DNA from: Nemertoderma westbladi
Lineage: Eukaryota > Animalia > Xenacoelomorpha
Direction of reading: 5' to 3'
DNA length: 64,000 nt
Assembly (NCBI GenBank): GCA_032718475.1
Contig: JAUCBJ010000434.1
Span: 55,298 to 119,297 of the forward strand
Shown here: positions 58,130 to 64,000 of the stretch, piece after piece
Numbering within the stretch: position 1 is the stretch's first letter
Layout of the letters: each line of letters starts with the position of its first letter
The notes under the pieces: model-generated
What the model saw: only the letters and a program-made list of their open reading frames with translations
The model's database searches: none
What the model was told of the DNA's origin: nothing
Made by a program: the position numbers and the translations under genes

Positions 58130-59730
58130 GTGGCCGAAAACGAGATGAGCCAGAGAAAATCCCCTGAACGGGGGATGTTGTGGAAATTTAGAAGTCCAGT
58201 GTTAAATTCTGAATTATCAATTTCAATCCATTTGTGCTAGTTCATATTATAAGGGCATTCATTAATTTTACTGCACTCTTTTCTAATCCGTTTGAATCCG
58301 GATGATATGGGATGGAGAGGAGATTGTCTGAGGAAAATGAAATGTTTCCACTTTAAAAACTGGAGTCCACTATCCATTTGTATTTGGCGTGGAATGTCAA
58401 GATCGGCCATTTTGATAGAATATTTATGAGGCCGTAGGGTCGGATCGCCATGTGCGGATACAAAATAATCCCCATTAATAATTTTATATACAATATAAGC
58501 TCCCAGCATTTGAAAACAGATTTATGCTGATGTATCAATGAATGTGTGGGTGGTTATGTGTGGGAACTTATCACGTTCCAGTCATTCCTTCCCACAACAT
58601 GAGATTGTTGGGATTCCTGACAATGAGAATCGGTTTCCATGGAGGATGAAATGTCCTCCCTCACTGATTCCTGGCCATTAAACACATTGTTTGGCGCTTT
58701 GTTTTGTTGATTTTGTGATGAGGTGGGACTCTTGGAGGAGAGAAAGGACTTTCTTTTTTTCATCTAGAGGGATGACAACATACAATTGAGGTGGAATAAG
58801 TCTGAGGTTATCCGGGAGTTATCCTTGAATTTTCCAGAAGTCTGGAATAGCTTTTCCGTTATCAGTAACAAGTTTATTCGGAATTCTAATGAAATGGCAG
58901 AGTAGGTTTGTAGGAGGGTTTGATAATGTGTATCCGCAGAGCTGATTTCCAGAAGATGAGTAAGATTTGTCTCCTCAGATGATTATCTTCCCTGGTAAGT
59001 TGATATTTAGATGGATCGAACATGAGCAGAAATTTCCATCTATGCACTGCACATTGGTTTTCTTTAATAGGGTCATTAACTACAGATCTTACAAGAGCAT
59101 TATGAATGTAATGTTCCAATCCTTTCTATTAAGTTGCTTGAAATATATACGATGATAGTGTTTCAACTTAACATTGGAGACACATATTGTAATAGCGATC
59201 GAATGTAGAGTCATTTAGCATCAGAATGAGCGATTTATGGTGAGTAATTATTTCGAATTGTGAAAGATCGCCAAGATAAACCATTTGTGGAAAGATTACA
59301 CAATAATGGTGAGAATTTGGACAGGATTTCAACAGGTTTTCATAATCATGTTCTGACAAAATATGCACCTGAGGCTGAGACCCTTGAGTTATGATGCACC
59401 TGTTTGTATCATCAACTTCATTGATGGATCGAAACGTTCAAGAATTGGTTGAGATATTGATGCTGCTTTAGTCTGGTTGAATGCTTTACCATGTTATCCT
59501 GTTGTAATGTTCAATCCTGAAGTGGAGCATATTCGGTGATATCTTTAGAAAAAGAAATGGGTTTAGCCATCCCTAAGAATGAGCGAAGTTTAGAGATATT
59601 CTTTGGGGTTTGAAGCTTCTCTACTGCAGAAACTTTAGTTGAATTTACCCGGATGTTTTCCGAATTTATGATGTATCCAACATAATAATATATTTATGAT
59701 TTTAAAATCTCAAATTTATTGGGATGCAAA
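58130..59730 (-). mobile_element. Highly degenerate Ty3/Gypsy pol relic inside the DYRK intron
   Basis: Fragments YVGYIIN..VNSTKVSAVEKLQTPKNISKLRSFLGM (RT end) and YLGDLSQFEIITHHKSL (RNase H-like). Many stops. Confidence 0.6.
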
Positions 59731-59734
59731 GTTC

Positions 59735-60820
59735 TCTGATGTATTTATCATCAATCGAGAAGTGACGCACTTAGAAGGCTAATTGTAATTGAAGAGTTAT
59801 CAAAAAAGAAAGACAAACATATGGATGGCTGTTATCTTTGTTGACTTCTTCAATGCCTTTGATTTCGACATTCAGCATATTTGAATTTTATGAGATTCCT
59901 GAGGAAATTATTTCGGCAATCAGATCAGTCAGTATATGATGGTTCGATGACATTTGTGTCTACCATTGATGGTGTCACAGATCCATTTGAAGTTTTATGG
60001 AGAGTCCTCCAGGGTGATAAACTTGCACCATTCTTAGTCAAAATTTTTTGTGTGATAGACTACAGTATGTTCTAAGATTCATCATAATGAAGATGAGATG
60101 ATGGTAACACCACCTTCTGTCTCCAGAACTTGAGGAAATCCATCCAAGCCACTCATATAGACTTTACTGATGACTTAGGAGTACTCTCAGAATCACTAAA
60201 TGGATTTCAGTGGTCCCACAGCTCATTAGAAAATGTTATATCTAGTATTGGTCAATTTGTTAATTCTGAGAAGACCAAAAGTTTAATAGTTATCTTTGAC
60301 ACTCCTTGTGTCTGATTGTATGAGCATAAATTCTTAGGATGGTGCAGTAGTACCAGTACTCCTTTATGGGAGACCATGCTGGGGACACCAAATCTCTGGA
60401 TGGCACATACACAAGAATGCTATGTCAGGTTCACTGTGCCAAGTACAATGCACACATCTCCAACCACACACTATATAACATTGGAGGTGACTCATTGGTT
60501 CCCCCAAGCTTGACACTAGAACAGACACATACGACACACTGACACACAAGCTTGCCACCCCTGCTTTGCAGACACAGTTTTCGCTAAACGAGATGCTTCC
60601 CAAAGGACAATGGCCTTGAAGATGTGGATAATCTCGTGAAAGTCATGGTGGATATGAAGTTGTTGGTGGTGCATCTTTGTTGATAGCATTCTTAATGCAC
60701 GCTGCATTAGGCTTGCCAATTACATCTTGTATGGTGGTGACAAAATGTTTTTGTTAACCTGCCGTAGCATCTCAATGCGCAGCTTCAATGCACCAGGCCG
60801 ATTATAGTAGTAATAGTAGT
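59735..60820 (+). mobile_element. Degenerate copy of the RTE-like LINE family
   Basis: VYDGSMTFVSTIDGVTDPFEVLWRVLQGDKLAPF and IDFTDDLGVLSESL match the 34.5-35.8 kb copy. Ends in a TAG-rich tail. Confidence 0.85.
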
Positions 60821-61295
60821 ATGAGCAAACTCCGACGACTTATTTCCAATACGGTCCCCAGAACTATACTTTACAGAGGAAACTGGTACTGTCTCCATTG
60901 TCTGTAATGTCTGTGTCCATTTAAGATTACAAGGCAGACATTGATCCTAGCTCCCATTAAAGCATTCATGATGAAACAAAAACTACCCTGGCCCCATTAC
61001 CGGACCACAGGAACAAAAAGAATCACATTACATTTGTGGTCTAATGCAGGGGATACCCAGAAACAAAGCCGCCCCCAGCTCTCTTGACCAGCCAAACACT
61101 TTCTAAGTTTGACAGTTTGGCAAGATCTGAGGTTCCACATACAGGTTCAACCATTTGTCCTAAAAGACAGTAAATTTTTGACTGGAAACGGTTTCCATAC
61201 AGTTTTATACCACTTCAGATGAAGCCCATTATTTTCTCATAATAATTAAATATTTTTGGTTTCTAATAACAATGCTGCGCCGATTGATTACCAAC

Positions 61296-61490
61296 CTTCA
61301 GGTGTTATTGGAAATATATTCTGTTTGTTTCCAGATTTTTCTCTTTTGTTGTTCTGTAATGCATGGTCGTTGTTTCCATCGCGACTGCTTGGGTTTCTAC
61401 TCAGAGTCGGCATTCGACAAGCTTTATTCATTTGGATATTTTCTTTGTTTTTACTATCATCTTTTTCTCTTAGTGCTGGTGGTATCATAT
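61296..61490 (-). CDS. Upstream exon of the class-2 DYRK gene
   Basis: Acceptor TCTTTTAG, donor GTTGGT, 195 nt open. A phase-1 splice to 56897 gives NIFPITPE-E-AMEQF, matching the DYRK2-type TPEQAMKQY motif. Confidence 0.75.
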
Positions 61491-62781
61491 CTAAAAGAAA
61501 GATGGTATGTATTACAATACATTAACACTATAAATCATAAACAACCACACAACTTTGGTATTTATAGAGTGGCGTAGTTGAAAGCTTGACTGAAAGACTT
61601 ATTATATTGACTAAAGACATTTATAGCAACCCTCGCGATCTCCCAAGTTTTTTAATATTACAGACAATCATGGACTCAGTATAATTTAACGGAATCCATA
61701 TTGTGTCCGGACAGGTGTACGGACGAACACTTAATGATTCATTATGTAAGCTTCCATCTGACGGTACCGGTTAATCGAATTGTGTTCTGTTGCTAAAATC
61801 CTAATAATAATAGAAGAAGAGGTTACCCTGGTAACATATTGGTATTATTTTTAATAGGTATACACAAACATAATCCCACAATAATTATTGATTAATTATT
61901 CCTTAGCTCATTCAAGTATTTCCTCCGCAGCATACATAGCCTATATGACTTTGTATGTCTGCAGGTGGATGTGGACGAGTGAATGAATGCCTTCTAATAG
62001 TTTGAGTTCCATTTATGGCATAATGTTAAACAAAATGTGGAAACTACCCACCACTAATAGGCATAATGTTAAACAAAATGTGGAAACTACCCACCACTAA
62101 TATAAAGTTCAATCACCAGTAACAGAAACAACTTAATACATTATATATATGAATTATTAGTGCCGTGACACAAATAGCTTCTCCACCTGAGGTAATAGCA
62201 GTAGTAATCATTATCATCCATAAGCATTTCTATCGTAATGCTTAAATGTGGTTTATTAAAATTCATGAGCGAAGGCGTATAAATTATTCAGATGAGGGGG
62301 GGGGGGGGGGGGGGGGGGGGGGAATTTTGACCCAAACAAAACTTGAGATCAGAAAAACGTGCCACTGTAACCTGCTCCTTTCCCTAAATTTATAACTTAA
62401 CAAAGGCGAACTATTATTTCGCCGGGACGGTATTTGTGTCCAGCCCCCCCCCCCCCCCATCACATGTACCAAAGTATGGCCTGTCACAAATCGATGCAAC
62501 TTCTCAAAATGATGCTCATCTATTTCATGTTTCTGGCTTTGCGTGGCGCCTCTTACCCATATCTTGTTCAGATTATTATCCCTTAAATGTTACATTTGAT
62601 TGTGGATTGTGTGCATCTCCCTTTATTGGGCGTAAGTCAATAAAATTCATATTACAACCTCTAAATTTCGTTTACTAATTGTTCGCTTTGTGAGGTATAA
62701 TAAAGTGAATGACGTGGCTGTCTTTGGTTACCCGAAAGAGGATGGTGATTGGGAGTAAACACCATGACAATATGGTGGAAT

Positions 62782-62822
<41 letters not shown>

Positions 62823-62968
62823 TTGTTAATAATTCCAAACGCGGGATATTGAGAACCATTCATTTATTTATCCCAGACAGACGTCCAATATAATTTATTT
62901 CAATTTCAATCCTAATTGCCAATAATGTTGATTTGGGTTGCCTAAATCATGTCAATTCCAGAGATTGG

Positions 62969-63961
62969 GGGACGTTAGTGCCCGCGAGCACTTGTGCCCG
63001 CGGGCACTAATGTCTCAGGACTTTAGTGCCCGCGAGTCATTAGTGCCATGGAACCATGTCTGCAAGTGAGACGTTAGTGCCCGCGAGTCATTAGTGCCCG
63101 AGGACCATGTCTGCAAGTGAGACGTTAGTGCCCGAGGACCTTGTCTGCAAGTGAGACGTTAGTGCCCCAGCATTGTCCCCATTTGGAAGGAAGTTAGTAT
63201 AAGGCAATCCGTATTTCTTCTTACTTATACCCCATTCAACCAAAGTTCGTCCATTAACATACACTAATTACATTAATTCTAATTAATTCCCTAATTTAAT
63301 TAACTAAAAGTACTACTTTACTTTTAAATCGTCGACAAAATGTCAGACAGTCGACAGAGTATTTTCTTGAAATCATAATTAATTACTAAAATATATTGGT
63401 TAGTGCGTCCTCCGACGATTATACTGTAGTACTGCACCTTGTTTTTTTATTACACACTGTCTCCAGTAAAGTTCAACAAATTAAGTATACTCAATCAAAA
63501 GTAGGTTACTTATAAACAATCAAACGCTGTTGCTTAATCCTCATTCCTTGAAAACTTTACCGCAAAACCAAATAATATAAATGCTACCATGTCTAACTGA
63601 GGTTAATATATTTTTTAATCATAAAAGATCCAAGTTGAAATTAAAATGTTAAATAACGAGATGCGGGAACTAAAGACTGGAAATTACCTTAGAAGTTTGA
63701 AGAAAGTAACGACTCGTTTGCATCAGCAGGAACTAAAGAAGCGGGAAATGTCTTCCTGGCCTGTTGTATTTATTACATATACTAACTAAGTCGCTAGGCG
63801 GGCCGCGGGCACTAATGTCTCGCGGGCACTAATGTCTCGCGGGCACTAACGTCTCGCTGGCACTAACGTCCCATGGGACATTAGTGCCCGCGATAATGCG
63901 ACTAAGTGACCGCGGGCACTAAAGGTACTGAGACATTAGTGCCCGCGGGCACTAACGTCCC
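62969..63961. mobile_element. ~1-kb foldback/non-autonomous DNA transposon with TTAGTGCCCGCG subterminal arrays
   Basis: Left end GGGACGTTAGTGCCCGCG, right end CGCGGGCACTAACGTCCC. Arrays at 62969-63170 and 63800-63961 are in opposite orientation. Confidence 0.75.
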
Positions 63962-64000
63962 AAGACCATTCCAGATAGGTGATTATACTCTCAAATAAAA

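Noticed and set aside
63688-63760. Possible minus-strand exon with AG/GT borders
   Set aside because: Stops in all frames, and it lies inside a foldback element.

Overview
AT-rich, transposon-dense animal (invertebrate-like) genomic DNA, not prokaryotic. Host genes: four single-exon + strand ORFs (an anion-type Cys-loop receptor subunit, a stand-alone SKI7/HBS1L-short-isoform-like protein, PIGB and cyclin H) and two spliced - strand exons of a class-2 DYRK kinase. Mobile DNA includes two complete BEL/Pao LTR retrotransposons. The first is young and intact, 15.7 kb, and inserted into a Penelope-like element. The second is older and decayed, 8.4 kb, and lies next to an IS3EU/Clr5-type integrase relic. 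There are also Penelope, RTE-like, L2/CR1-like and Gypsy relics, several MITE/foldback elements, tandem arrays and a U6/alpha-tubulin chimeric fragment. Main finding: neither BEL/Pao element has a tRNA primer-binding site next to its 5' LTR. Each instead has an 11-nt sequence abutting the 5' LTR that is perfectly complementary to an 11-nt sequence inside its own LTR. The two LTR families are unrelated in sequence. This matches the Tf1-type self-priming signature, here in the BEL/Pao superfamily. All alignments were done by eye and no database searches were run.
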